A stretch of DNA of 64,000 bases from Verrucomicrobiota bacterium (GCA_018814445.1 JAHIZV010000139.1:4342-68341); one strand, 5' to 3'; shown: positions 28,995 through 40,164, counted from the stretch's first letter. The notes: generated by a model not told the origin, from the letters alone. Numbers and translations are program-made.

Positions 28995-30599
28995 TCAGCG
29001 CTTGTGCCTGCTGCTTCCTTCCGCGGACGTGCCTCCGAAAATGCGGCGTTTGGGTTGACTCAATCTGGCGGGAAGCCGCCATTCGGTACCTGCCAGCTTC
29101 TCTTCACGGGCATGCGCCTGCGAGATAAAGCGTTCCGTGATCTTCTGAGGAGATTCCTCAACGGTCTGTTCCAAGGGCTGGTCTATCTGAACAATAGCTG
29201 CTTCGACGGGTTCCTCGATGTCTTCCGGAAGAATATTCTCCTCGGTCGGAAGGATCATGATGGCCGGTTCTTCAGCTTCGCCCTTCACCGCCAGTTCCTC
29301 GCGGAAAGACTTCATCGCATCTTTCAGCTCGCGAATCTCCGCAGCCAGCTCACTCTTTTCTCTTTCCATCCGGGCTATCTCATTCTGATATTCTTTTTCG
29401 ATGCTCCTCTTCCGGGCCGCCTCCGTTTCCAGGCTGGCCTTCATCGCCGACAAATCGGCCTGCAGAGACTTAAGTGAATTTTCGTCCATCTTGGCCCTCC
29501 CAGCCTCCGCCTCAAGTTCAGTCACGCGCGCAGTCAACTGATCCCGCTCCGCCGCGGTCTTCCGGAGTTCTGCACCAATCTTCTCCGCCTCGACCCGCGC
29601 CTTCACCAGATCCTCTTCAGCGCTCTTTCCACGGACCTCCAGTTCCTTCTTCTCCCCCTCAAGCGCTTCTATCCGCGCGGGCGACGCCGCGATCTCCAGG
29701 CGAAGCTTCGCGATCTGTCTTTCACGGGCAAGCTGTTCTTCGACCAGCCGCGCCTTCTCCTCTTCCACGTTCTTAAGTTGTTTCGAGGAGGCTTTACTCA
29801 GGATCCCTGCTTCGGCGGCGGCCTTCTTTGCCTGTTCACAGTCATTGGCAAGTTCCCGGTTCTGCCGCTGAAGGCTTTCGACCTCGCTTTTCGCGGCAGC
29901 AAGCTCCTCGCCACCCGCCGCCTGGCTTGACGCCAGTTCCTCGTGCTTCGTCCGAAGTTCCTCCAGATCTTTCTTCGTCTTCTGAAGAGCGGACTTGATC
30001 TCGTCCAGCGCGCTCTGAGCGGTGGCAACGGCTTCATCCCGTTCTGCAATGACCTTGTCCCTGTCCGCCAATTCCAGAACTCTCTGTTTGATCTCCTTAT
30101 CCTTTGACGAGAGTTGCCGGCGGTACTCATCACTCTCAGCCAGAGACGACTTCGCCTGCGCCAGCTGTTCTCTCAACGCCACAAGCTCCTTTTCATCGAC
30201 CGGCGGCCGTGTCGGAGTCTGCGCGGCAGAGAGCTTCTCGATATGTTTGCGCGCCTTGTCCACCTCCGTCATCAGAAGAGGGAGCAAGGCATCAGCCATC
30301 GACACGTTGTCGCCGGTCCGCCGATTGGTAAGATGGAACGAGCGTTCAATTTCACCGTCCGACAACAGATTCTGAACCGCCAGCAAAGTGATTGGCCCGT
30401 ACGTGGTGGAGTCGTCGATATGCACGATCCATTCCATCTTGAGCGCCTCGTATTCGTACGCCGGCTCCCAGTTCTTCTGATCGAGAGACAACTCGTCCTC
30501 CGGCCCCACGCGGCCGTCCGCGGCCCAGAGGCGCAGTTCATCAAATCCTACGGGTCCATATACCGATGAATCGGATTTCTTGAGGTACCATTTACTCAT
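28995..30599 (-). CDS. Tandem GYF_2-like domains plus a long coiled coil
   Basis: WYLKK..VYGPV..ELRLWAADGRV and WIVH..TYGPI; heptad-rich E/K/A body. Confidence 0.75.
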   Translation of the reverse strand: MSKWYLKKSDSSVYGPVGFDELRLWAADGRVGPEDELSLDQKNWEPAYEYEALKMEWIVHIDDSTTYGPITLLAVQNLLSDGEIERSFHLTNRRTGDNVSMADALLPLLMTEVDKARKHIEKLSAAQTPTRPPVDEKELVALREQLAQAKSSLAESDEYRRQLSSKDKEIKQRVLELADRDKVIAERDEAVATAQSALDEIKSALQKTKKDLEELRTKHEELASSQAAGGEELAAAKSEVESLQRQNRELANDCEQAKKAAAEAGILSKASSKQLKNVEEEKARLVEEQLARERQIAKLRLEIAASPARIEALEGEKKELEVRGKSAEEDLVKARVEAEKIGAELRKTAAERDQLTARVTELEAEAGRAKMDENSLKSLQADLSAMKASLETEAARKRSIEKEYQNEIARMEREKSELAAEIRELKDAMKSFREELAVKGEAEEPAIMILPTEENILPEDIEEPVEAAIVQIDQPLEQTVEESPQKITERFISQAHAREEKLAGTEWRLPARLSQPKRRIFGGTSAEGSSRHKR

Positions 30600-30702
30600 A
30601 AGATGGGCTTCCAGTTTCGACTTGAGCACCAATATAGGCGATGATCACTATTTAGATCAAATTGATATATGCCGGACGGCGCCGGATGTTAACAGGGAGT
30701 GC

Positions 30703-31377
30703 ATGTTGGATCCTCTCGCGAGTCAGAAACAGTGCGTTGCAGTTTTCTGTAAGTATCCTGCCGACGGCGAGGTAAAGACGCGACTGGCTGAGTCTATCGG
30801 AGACGCGGCGACAAACAGGCTCTACCGCGCCATGGTGAACAGGACCCTCGATATCTGCGGTCAGCTTCAACATCCGGCCGACACGCTGGTCTTCTGCGCT
30901 CCAAATGCGAAGGATGAAGCGTACGTCGAATGGCTTGGTGCGGACCACCGGTATCGCAGGCAGTCGGGACAGGATCTCGGTGAGCGCATGCTGAATGCGT
31001 TTGAACGGACAAGGGACGAGGGATACACGGCAACGGTGCTCGTCGGAACGGACTGCCCCGCCCTGACCCCCGCTCTGATCGAACAGGCATTCTGTGAACT
31101 GGATCTCCATGAAATCGTTCTGGGCCCTTCTCACGATGGCGGATACTACCTTATCGGCGAAGTCTCTCCGCATCCCGGACTCATGAGCGGCATCGCGTGG
31201 AGCACCGACGAGGTGTTGTCACAAACCCTGCAGAAACTGCAGGAGGCCGGCACGAGCTACGCAATGCTTGAACCCCTGCAGGATCTCGACAATATGGAAA
31301 ACCTCATTTTCTACAAGGATCTCGGTCTGCCCCACTTTGATGTTGAACGACTGCTGGCCGGGCTTTATTCGCTGTGA
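30703..31377 (+). CDS. DUF2064/TIGR04282-type glycosyltransferase-like protein
   Basis: GEVKTRLA, QSGQDLGERM, GTDCP, LGPSHDGGYYLIG, WSTDEV, DLD. Confidence 0.9.
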   Translation: MLDPLASQKQCVAVFCKYPADGEVKTRLAESIGDAATNRLYRAMVNRTLDICGQLQHPADTLVFCAPNAKDEAYVEWLGADHRYRRQSGQDLGERMLNAFERTRDEGYTATVLVGTDCPALTPALIEQAFCELDLHEIVLGPSHDGGYYLIGEVSPHPGLMSGIAWSTDEVLSQTLQKLQEAGTSYAMLEPLQDLDNMENLIFYKDLGLPHFDVERLLAGLYSL

Positions 31378-31447
31378 TTTTCGTCGACATCGTCACACGG
31401 CAGTCGGCGCGCACCCATGGTGTGCGTGTTGTTCTGGCACGCGGCAT

Positions 31448-31520
31448 CCTGGGGCTCACGCCCCAGGCTAACGTCGTGATGCCGCTCTGCGGCAACCATC
31501 CAAGCCGCATCGCGGCGGCA
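31448..31520. repeat. REP-like palindromic element
   Basis: CCTGGGGC-TCAC-GCCCCAGG hairpin followed by TGCCGC-TCT-GCGGCA and GCCGC-ATC-GCGGC hairpins. Confidence 0.65.
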
Positions 31521-31614
31521 GACGATTTTCTCAATGTCACCGCAGTCCCTTCATAATTGCTTTTGATATTCCGGTCGCTTGCTGTAAATTACGGCAGACT
31601 ATAGACCTAAGATT

Positions 31615-32793
31615 ATGCGCTTTCTGCTATCAACGTTATGTATTGCAGTCCTTCTCGCGGCCGGCCCGGTTCAGGGACTGACTAACGGGGTCAGGCTGAC
31701 CCTTGACGTGAGCTCGGATCTCCTGGGTGAGAACTTCCACGATGACGAGGCCGTTTCGTTGGGGCCCAACGCAGCCGGCACCATGATCGATTTCACCGCC
31801 TACGGGGTGCCCGAACGGGTTGGTATCGACGCCCTGATGGTTTACAGTAATCGTGTCGTGTTCTCCGGCGATGTGGATTTCTATACGAACGCCGAATACC
31901 ACGCGGATGAAGATCTGCTCGACCTCAATGTCACCGGCGGAACATTCACGGCTTTCTGGAACGGAGACTACGCGGGTATTCCCCGGGCCGCCGACGTTGA
32001 CGCCGCGTGTTTTGTGACGCCCGGCGGACAGTTCCTATTCTCCATCGATATCACGACGGAACTGCCGGGCGCGGGCACGGTCACGGACGACGACGTCATC
32101 AGGTGGAACGGAGCTTTCAGCAAAGCCTACGACGGGCAGACAAATCTCTCCATCCCCCCCGCCGCCGACATCGACGGTCTGTATCTCGGCACCAACAACG
32201 TACTCTACTTCTCTCTCGATACCACAGCCACCATCAACGGCTACACCGGGCAGGACGAAGACGTGTGGGCCTACGACATAGGGTCCGCGATTGTTACTCT
32301 CGCTGTCGACTATGACTCCCTCCGGACCGGCGCAGATGTCGTGGGCCTCGACAAAGCGACTGACAGCGACAGTGACTGGCTGACTGATTTTGAGGAAATC
32401 ACGGGTCTTGATGAACCCGGAATTACGATTCCGGGAACCGCCACACCGGTCGATCCCGAAGGCAGTACGTCCAATCCGAATGACAACGATACGGATGACG
32501 ACGGAGCTTCGGACGGTGAAGAAGCCGTCGCCGGCACGAATCCCCGGGACGGCAGTGACCTTCTGAAGATCACGCAGATCGATCGGGGGAGTCTGACAAA
32601 CCTCGTGGCCTGGTCAACCAAGACAAACCGCACCTACATTCTCGAAGCCACTACAAATCTGGTGACCACCCAATTCGCGCCTGTCGAGACCAGCATCGTC
32701 CCCGTGCCCGGCAGCACCAATACGGTCAGAAAACACCTGACCGGCAACACGAATGTGGCGGTGTACCGAGTGCGAGTACAGACGTCGCCGTAG
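31615..32793 (+). CDS. Secreted protein with internal repeats, Ca-binding DxDxD motifs and a conserved-looking C-terminal module
   Basis: Signal peptide; repeated (G/S)IP..AD(V/I)D units; DSDSDWLTDFEE and DTDDDGASDGEE..AGTNP; ends AVYRVRV. Confidence 0.8.
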   Translation: MRFLLSTLCIAVLLAAGPVQGLTNGVRLTLDVSSDLLGENFHDDEAVSLGPNAAGTMIDFTAYGVPERVGIDALMVYSNRVVFSGDVDFYTNAEYHADEDLLDLNVTGGTFTAFWNGDYAGIPRAADVDAACFVTPGGQFLFSIDITTELPGAGTVTDDDVIRWNGAFSKAYDGQTNLSIPPAADIDGLYLGTNNVLYFSLDTTATINGYTGQDEDVWAYDIGSAIVTLAVDYDSLRTGADVVGLDKATDSDSDWLTDFEEITGLDEPGITIPGTATPVDPEGSTSNPNDNDTDDDGASDGEEAVAGTNPRDGSDLLKITQIDRGSLTNLVAWSTKTNRTYILEATTNLVTTQFAPVETSIVPVPGSTNTVRKHLTGNTNVAVYRVRVQTSP

Positions 32794-32922
32794 AAGAAGG
32801 TTTTGGGTGTTCGGTGTTCGGTGTTCGGTTGAGATAACTGCTTATTCAACCATCCCCCATCAACCATCAACTATGGGTGGTTCTGTCGGGCGGCAATCCA
32901 TGGGTGGCGAATTGGGGGGAGT

Positions 32923-32997
32923 TGGCTCCGGCGGTAGGGCTCGAACCTACGACCTAGTGGTTAACAGCCACCCGCTCTACCATTGAGCTACGCCGGA
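32923..32997 (-). tRNA. tRNA-Asn(GTT)
   Basis: TCCGGCG acceptor, anticodon loop CT-GTT-AA, TTCGA T-loop, encoded CCA. Confidence 0.97.
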
Positions 32998-33014
32998 ACA
33001 GGATGAACTCCGAG

Positions 33015-33042
33015 AAGATAATGATGCAGGAACCTAAGTCAA
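33015..33042 (-). promoter_or_regulatory. Promoter of tRNA-Asn
   Basis: TTGACT-16 nt-TATCTT. Confidence 0.6.
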
Positions 33043-33058
33043 GTCCGGGATTCTTCTT

Positions 33059-33652
33059 TCACATCTCTGTCCGGCCCTCGATTGCGCGGGAAAGAGTGAC
33101 GGAATCGGAATAGGCCAGGCCGCTGCCTGCCGGAATGCCCAGAGCCAGCCTGGTTACACGGACTTTAAGCCTCGAAAGGACGTCACGCAGGTAGCTTGCC
33201 GTCGCATCGCTTTCGACATCAGAATTCAGAGCTAAAATGATCTCTTTGAAGCCTTCTTCGCGAACGCGCCTGATCAGCGCCTCGACGCGAATGTCTTCAA
33301 TGCCTTTCTGGTTCATCGGAGAAATCTTGCCCATCAGGGCATGGTATCTGCCGCGATACCCTCCCGTTCTCTCGACCAGGGAAATGTCCGATGGTCCCTC
33401 GACGACACAGAGTACGGAATCATCGCGAGAGGGATCGGTGCACAGGCGGCAGGGATCTTTGTCGACCCGGGTGATGTTCCCGCATTTCGAACAGCACCGC
33501 AGTGACGCCCTGGCATCCTCCAGCGCCGCGATCAGTTCAGGAACGAGTTTCTCCGACTCCATGACAAGCCGCAGCGCCATCCGCTCAGCGGAACGCCAAC
33601 CGATGCCCGGCAATCGGCCCAGAGCCTTGATTAGTCTTTCGAGAGAATCCAT
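33059..33652 (-). CDS. recR: Recombination mediator RecR
   Basis: LPGIG..SAERMA, C4 zinc finger, TOPRIM VVE, YHAL. Confidence 0.96.
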   Translation of the reverse strand: MDSLERLIKALGRLPGIGWRSAERMALRLVMESEKLVPELIAALEDARASLRCCSKCGNITRVDKDPCRLCTDPSRDDSVLCVVEGPSDISLVERTGGYRGRYHALMGKISPMNQKGIEDIRVEALIRRVREEGFKEIILALNSDVESDATASYLRDVLSRLKVRVTRLALGIPAGSGLAYSDSVTLSRAIEGRTEM

Positions 33653-33656
33653 AAGA

Positions 33657-33749
33657 AACATCGAACATCGAACACCAAACATCAAACAGCGAACAGCGAA
33701 CGTTTTCCGGATTCGGAATTCGATGTTCGATGTTCAGAGTTCGATGTTC
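33657..33749. repeat. Inverted pair of heptamer arrays (AACATCG)x6 / (TTCGATG)x5
   Basis: Fills the ybaB-recR spacer. Confidence 0.9.
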
Positions 33750-34067
33750 CTACAAGCCCATCCCCGGCGGAAGTCCCATTCCCTGAGTGAGCTTGCCCAT
33801 CTCCTCCGCGGCCATGTCTTTAGCGGCCAACAGAGCTCCGTCCACGGCCGTTGTTACCAGGTCTTCCAGCATTTCGACGTCGTCAGGATCGACACATTGG
33901 GGATCAATCTTGATCGAAGCAATCGTCATGTCTCCTCTCGCCACCGCCGTGACCATGCCGCCGCCGCTCGTAAATTCTACCGTCTTGTCGGCAAGTTCCG
34001 CCTGCATCTTCTGCGCATTCTTCTGCATTTCAGCGGCCTGCTTCATCAGCTTCATCATATTAACCAT
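33750..34067 (-). CDS. ybaB: YbaB/EbfC nucleoid-associated protein
   Basis: MMKLMKQA, SGGGMV, EMLEDLV; lies between dnaX and recR. Confidence 0.95.
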   Translation of the reverse strand: MVNMMKLMKQAAEMQKNAQKMQAELADKTVEFTSGGGMVTAVARGDMTIASIKIDPQCVDPDDVEMLEDLVTTAVDGALLAAKDMAAEEMGKLTQGMGLPPGMGL

Positions 34068-34083
34068 AAAGGCCTCTCATTAA

Positions 34084-34159
34084 CCCGATCCCGGATTCCG
34101 GTTTCCGGATGTCGGATCGCGCCTGTTCCATCCGGCATCTGGAATCGGGCATCCGACAT

Positions 34160-34160
<1 letters not shown>
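34084..34160. repeat. Inverted pair of heptamer arrays (CCGGATN)n / (CATCCGG)n
   Basis: Fills the dnaX-ybaB spacer. Confidence 0.85.
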
Positions 34161-35863
<1,703 letters not shown>

Positions 35864-35882
35864 GTCGCTTCGCTCCATTCAT

Positions 35883-35960
35883 GAATGGGGGATTGGGAGA
35901 AAGGGGGAAAGGGAGATCGCCCTCTCTTCCATTCACCCATTCTCCCACTCTCACTTCTCC
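35883..35960. repeat. Inverted pair of octamer arrays (GGGAGAAN)n / (TTCTCCCA)n
   Basis: gaatgggg gattggga gaaagggg gaaaggga ... ccattcac ccattctc ccactctc. Confidence 0.8.
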
Positions 35961-35977
35961 GCCCCGGGCGGAAAAGT

Positions 35978-36263
35978 GGTCGTGCACCCTTGTTCGTCCG
36001 ATCGATCAAAAACCGACGATCCCTGTTCAGACTCTGACCAGGTAGACCTACGGCACCCGAATATCATGACTTACCGCTGCTACCTTCCGGTCCTGACGGG
36101 GTTCACCAGCACTCGTCGCATAGGGCCCAGTCGTCAACGCCATTCCAGGAGGCCGATCCAGAATCTCACAGCCTCACGCGGGAATTAAACCCTGCTATAG
36201 CGGGTTGCAGGTCTTCCGCCAAGGCGGAATCAGGGCACCGCTACCTCCCCGTCTAGCACGACC
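35978..36263 (-). ncRNA. ffs: Large bacterial SRP RNA (Alu plus S domain)
   Basis: 5' GGTCGTGCTAGACGGGGAGGTAGCGGTGCCCTG...ACCTGCAACCCGCTATAGCAGGG; S domain GTCAGGACCGGAAGGTAGCAGC; 3' GCACGACC pairs with the 5' end; upstream of dnaX. Confidence 0.95.
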
Positions 36264-36292
36264 AAGGGAGAGCCTACCCTCGGAGGGCAGGC

Positions 36293-36409
36293 AGTTCAAA
36301 GTCTAAAGTTCAACGTTCAAAGCCTTTCAAAGTTCGATGTTTGATGTTCGGTGTTCTGCGGTGCCTTTTTCCTCGCATCGGGCACCCGGTATCTGGTATC
36401 CGGTATCGG
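36293..36409. repeat. Three adjacent heptamer arrays (AGTTCAA, TGTTCGA, GTATCCG types)
   Basis: Lie in the divergent SRP RNA/surE promoter region. Confidence 0.85.
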
Positions 36410-36411
36410 TC

Positions 36412-37164
36412 ATGCGAATCCTCCTCTCCAACGACGACGGCATTCACGCCCCCGGCATCCGGGCGCTTTACGATGCCGTGAAGGATCTCGGCGATGTATT
36501 TGTCGTCGCCCCGAGCGTCGAGCAGAGCGCGGTGGGTCACGCGATCACGGTTTTCGATCCCATCAAGTGCAAACGCATCACCAAGGACGGGGCTTTTGAA
36601 GGATATGCCGTGGGCGGGACGCCGGCCGACTGTATCAAGCTGGCCGTCACGGAGATTCTGGACGGACCTCCTGATCTCGTGCTGAGCGGCATCAACCTCG
36701 GGCCGAACACGGGCATCAGCGTCATCTACTCCGGGACGGTGTCGGCGGCCACCGAAGGTACGGTCCTCGGCATTCCCAGCATCGCGTTTTCACTCGACAC
36801 CTTCAGCGAGCCGCGTTGGGACACGGCCGCCGCGATCGCCAGAAAAATCGTGATCGGCTCCCGGGAGAACGGTATTCCGGATGAGACTCTTCTCAATGTG
36901 AACATTCCTAATCTGCCACTTGACGAGATCAAAGGCTGTGCGGTCACACTCATGGGAAGATCGCGATGGATAGAGAAGTTCCACAAACGCAACGACCCGC
37001 GCGGCAATCATTACTTCTGGCTGGATGGAGAGATGGAGCAGTTGGACAATTCGGAAGGAACGGACATCCGCGCCGTTGCCGACGGCTTCGTTTCCATTAC
37101 CCCCATTGGTCTCGACCTCACGCGATATGAGGCAGTTGAAGAGCTTCAGAAGTGGGAACTCTAG
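36412..37164 (+). CDS. surE: 5'/3'-nucleotidase SurE
   Basis: ILLSNDDG, GTPADC, SGINLGPN, YSGTVSAA. Confidence 0.97.
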   Translation: MRILLSNDDGIHAPGIRALYDAVKDLGDVFVVAPSVEQSAVGHAITVFDPIKCKRITKDGAFEGYAVGGTPADCIKLAVTEILDGPPDLVLSGINLGPNTGISVIYSGTVSAATEGTVLGIPSIAFSLDTFSEPRWDTAAAIARKIVIGSRENGIPDETLLNVNIPNLPLDEIKGCAVTLMGRSRWIEKFHKRNDPRGNHYFWLDGEMEQLDNSEGTDIRAVADGFVSITPIGLDLTRYEAVEELQKWEL

Positions 37165-37182
37165 CGGCGAAGCCGCTAGAGC

Positions 37183-37338
37183 GGGAATGGGAGAAAGGGA
37201 GAGCAGGCGAATGGGAGCCCGAAGATGCCCGCCATACCCATTCAACCATTAACCATCGACCATGGTGCAGTCGGCGTACATGGGGATGATTTCTTCCGAT
37301 ATTGGAAGTTGAGAGTTCGATGTTCGTTGTTCGATGTT
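37183..37338. repeat. Mixed octamer and heptamer arrays plus a TTCC/GGAA palindrome
   Basis: gggaatgggagaaagggagag..., aaccatt aaccatc gaccatg, agttcga tgttcgt tgttcga. Confidence 0.75.
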
Positions 37339-37357
37339 TCGCGGTCGACGGCCGCGG

Positions 37358-38077
37358 CTACAGCCCCTTAATCACGCTTTCCTCTGCCCTGCGGATCGCG
37401 TCGTAGAGTTCCGCCGGATCATCGCTCTCCCGAAGCTTCACCAGCAGATCCGTGTTGTGGCACATCATGCAAAGACGGGCCAGAACGTGGAGATGTATCT
37501 TGTCGTCCTGACAGCAGATGAGAAAGAAAATGTCGGTCGTCCTGCCGTCGGGCGCGCCGAATGGAAGAGCCTGAATCGTGCGCCCCAGAACCACAAACGA
37601 GTCCTCGAAGGTGTACGGATCGTGGTGCCGCGGATGCAGCATAGCCACTCCTCCCTCCAGGGCAGTCGAGTACAGCGCCTCGCGGTCCCGCAAACCTGCC
37701 AGCAGATCTTCCGGATGGATCAGAAGATCCGTTTTCGCCGCAAGGTCAGACATCGCGCGCAGAAGAGCTGGCTTGGTCCGTGACACGATCTGTGGATCAA
37801 TAAATTGCGGCTGCATCAGTTCGGTGACAATGGCTGCGTCGCGGGAGAGGTTATGCACCTTCGCCGAGGTCACCTTGTGGTAGTCCGTGAGATCCCTCTC
37901 AGAGAACCCCATAATGCGTTGAGACGCCCACGCATCCAGCTCGCGCTTTCGGAAAACCACACGGTCCCCCATCCGTTCAAACGGAATTTCCCCTCGTTTG
38001 ACAAGTTGCTCGATGTCGACGGACTTGACGTGCAAGTACTCCGCCGCCGAATCTACGCTGAACATTTGATGTGGCAT
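37358..38077 (-). CDS. Excisionase-like HTH fused to a PTS IIA domain
   Basis: N-terminal FSVDSAAEYL...GEIP...ELDAW; C-terminal REALYSTALEGGVAMLHPR, FGAPDG, HLHVLARL. Confidence 0.88.
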   Translation of the reverse strand: MPHQMFSVDSAAEYLHVKSVDIEQLVKRGEIPFERMGDRVVFRKRELDAWASQRIMGFSERDLTDYHKVTSAKVHNLSRDAAIVTELMQPQFIDPQIVSRTKPALLRAMSDLAAKTDLLIHPEDLLAGLRDREALYSTALEGGVAMLHPRHHDPYTFEDSFVVLGRTIQALPFGAPDGRTTDIFFLICCQDDKIHLHVLARLCMMCHNTDLLVKLRESDDPAELYDAIRRAEESVIKGL

Positions 38078-38198
38078 CGCTGTGATCGTCCGGTAAGACG
38101 CTCTTTTACCCTATGGTGCGGTTTTGGCAAGACTAAGCACGGGGTATGAAGAAGGGCTCGAACGTCGGGGTCAGATCCAGGCGAGTCCTTTTCACACC

Positions 38199-38226
38199 TT
38201 GACTTTGGTGTACACCTTCCTAATAT
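38199..38226 (+). promoter_or_regulatory. Promoter of tRNA-Thr
   Basis: TTGACT-16 nt-TAATAT. Confidence 0.65.
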
Positions 38227-38244
38227 TCTCGCCCTTTCTACGTG

Positions 38245-38320
38245 GCCAACGTAGCTCAGTTGGTAGAGCAGCTCACTCGTAATGAGCAGGTCGTCGGTTC
38301 GAATCCGACCGTTGGCTCCA
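38245..38320 (+). tRNA. tRNA-Thr(CGT)
   Basis: GCCAACG acceptor, GCTCA-CTCGTAA-TGAGC anticodon arm, TTCGAAT, CCA. Confidence 0.97.
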
Positions 38321-38428
38321 GTCTTCGCAACCAGCACAGGAAACCCAGCGCTCGTTGACTACGGCTTGGCATGCCCTTCTCCCGGAAGTCATCCGGCATC
38401 AGGCTTCCGGATACCGGCATCGGCGGAG

Positions 38429-39310
38429 CTACTCAATCGCTTCCCGCAGGGCTTCTTGAATTCCAACGGGCTCATCCGGCGCGCTTTGCGGTTCCGGGCG
38501 AACGACGGGCCTGGTCAGGCGTCCCGGATCGTACCCCATAACGATGTGGCTTTCACCTTCACTCAAGAGCTCGACTCTCACCTGCTCAAGTAGCTCCCCA
38601 CGCGGCTTCTGGAGAGTCTTGATGCTGAGATCGTAGTGCATCATCTGGCGCCGCGGAAGACTTACGGAGCTTATGACAAGTTCAAACCCGTCCATGGCAG
38701 CCAGCGTTGCTCCTTCTGCCGTCCGCCAGCGCACCTTGCCGTCCTGAATCGTGACCCGCGTCACCGGCGGCACCTTGGCCTGCGCCCTGCCGCTTTCCTC
38801 TTCGCGCGATGCGGCTGAATCCTCGCCCCCTCCGCCTTGCACTTGATCCGGCACTCCGACCCACTCGGTTAACCTTTCACCGGCTTTTCCAAGGATCTCA
38901 GGCAGCCACTGCCCCCGTCCGTTCGGCACCAGCGACAAAGCAAATCCTGACAGACTGAGCGAATCGAGTGCGAACTCCCGGCCCAGGAAGATTCGGCTGA
39001 AGTCAAAGTTGGCGTTCAACATCTCGGCCGTCACGGAAGGAGCGGTCTTCTTTTCACTATCCTTGCTGCTCACACCCTTCAATTGAAGGACCAATGCCGG
39101 AGACAATTGCGCTTCTTCAACAGTGATGTCCAGACCGAGTGACTCGCTGAGACGGTCTTCGATCAGGTAAAGGAATCCATCAGTTCTGGCGATCAACTGC
39201 GCGGCCACATAGAGCACGGCGAAGATGATCAGAACCGTCAGCGACAAGCGGAAGTAACTGTCCGCAATTCGTCCGCGTTTGCTCTCTTCCCGCTTTTTCC
39301 GGTGCGACAT
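38429..39310 (-). CDS. Hypothetical membrane-anchored protein (AsmA-like N-terminus)
   Basis: Single N-terminal TM helix followed by a beta-rich periplasmic region. Confidence 0.65.
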   Translation of the reverse strand: MSHRKKREESKRGRIADSYFRLSLTVLIIFAVLYVAAQLIARTDGFLYLIEDRLSESLGLDITVEEAQLSPALVLQLKGVSSKDSEKKTAPSVTAEMLNANFDFSRIFLGREFALDSLSLSGFALSLVPNGRGQWLPEILGKAGERLTEWVGVPDQVQGGGGEDSAASREEESGRAQAKVPPVTRVTIQDGKVRWRTAEGATLAAMDGFELVISSVSLPRRQMMHYDLSIKTLQKPRGELLEQVRVELLSEGESHIVMGYDPGRLTRPVVRPEPQSAPDEPVGIQEALREAIE

Positions 39311-39311
39311 A

Positions 39312-40130
39312 TCAGCTTCCCGAGAGTTCTTTGGATCTGTGTTCCGCTGCTTTAACGGCGTTGACGATGGCCTCTCCGACTCCGCTCTTCTCAAATACGG
39401 CCACGGCGGCGGCCGTGGTCCCGCCTTTCGACGTGACACGGGCCCTCAAATCCTCGGCACTCGATCCCGATTCGCTCATCAGCTTCGCGGCCCCCTGGAC
39501 AGTAGCCAGAACAAGGCCCCTGGCCGTGTCAGCGTCCATGCCTAATTCATCAGCGGCCTTGAGCATGTGCTCGATCAGGTAGAACACATAGGCCGGGCCG
39601 CTTCCGCTCAGCGCAGTGACGGCATCCATCGCATCCTCGTCAACTCGCACGACGATACCGACAGAGCCGAGCAGCTTCTCCGCGACGGCCAGGTCGTCAT
39701 CTGTCGCACGCGAGCCGGACGCTATAGCCGCCGCGCCGAGCCCGACGAGCGCAGGCGTATTCGGCATGACGCGAACAAGACGAATCCTGTCGCCAAGAGC
39801 CGATTCAAAGACCGTGCTTCGCAGTCCTGCGGCAATACTGATCACAAGTGTTTTCTCGCCGATCGCGCCGCGAAGTTCATCAAGGACCTCGGTCATGACC
39901 TGCGGCTTGACGGCCAGCACAACGATATCCTTCCCATCGACTGCTTTGCGATTGTCTGTCTCCGTCCCGACGCCGAATTTTTCACGGAAGATCGCCAGAC
40001 GGGCTTCCGCGATATCCGTAACAACAATATTGGCCGCGGGGCATACGCCTTTGCTGACGATGCCGCTGACGAGCGCCTCCGCCATGTTGCCCGCGCCGAT
40101 GAAGCAGATGGTTGATGGTTGATGGTTCAT
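39312..40130 (-). CDS. proC: Pyrroline-5-carboxylate reductase
   Basis: FIGAGNMA, LAVKPQ, RVMPNTP, SGSGPAY, VTSKGGTT. Confidence 0.97.
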   Translation of the reverse strand: MNHQPSTICFIGAGNMAEALVSGIVSKGVCPAANIVVTDIAEARLAIFREKFGVGTETDNRKAVDGKDIVVLAVKPQVMTEVLDELRGAIGEKTLVISIAAGLRSTVFESALGDRIRLVRVMPNTPALVGLGAAAIASGSRATDDDLAVAEKLLGSVGIVVRVDEDAMDAVTALSGSGPAYVFYLIEHMLKAADELGMDADTARGLVLATVQGAAKLMSESGSSAEDLRARVTSKGGTTAAAVAVFEKSGVGEAIVNAVKAAEHRSKELSGS

Positions 40131-40164
40131 GGTTCAGATTCCGGGTTTCGGGTTTCGGGTTTCA
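40108..40164. repeat. Two heptamer arrays, (ATGGTTG)x4 and (CGGGTTT)x3
   Basis: The first array encodes the ProC N-terminus MNHQPSTI. Confidence 0.9.
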
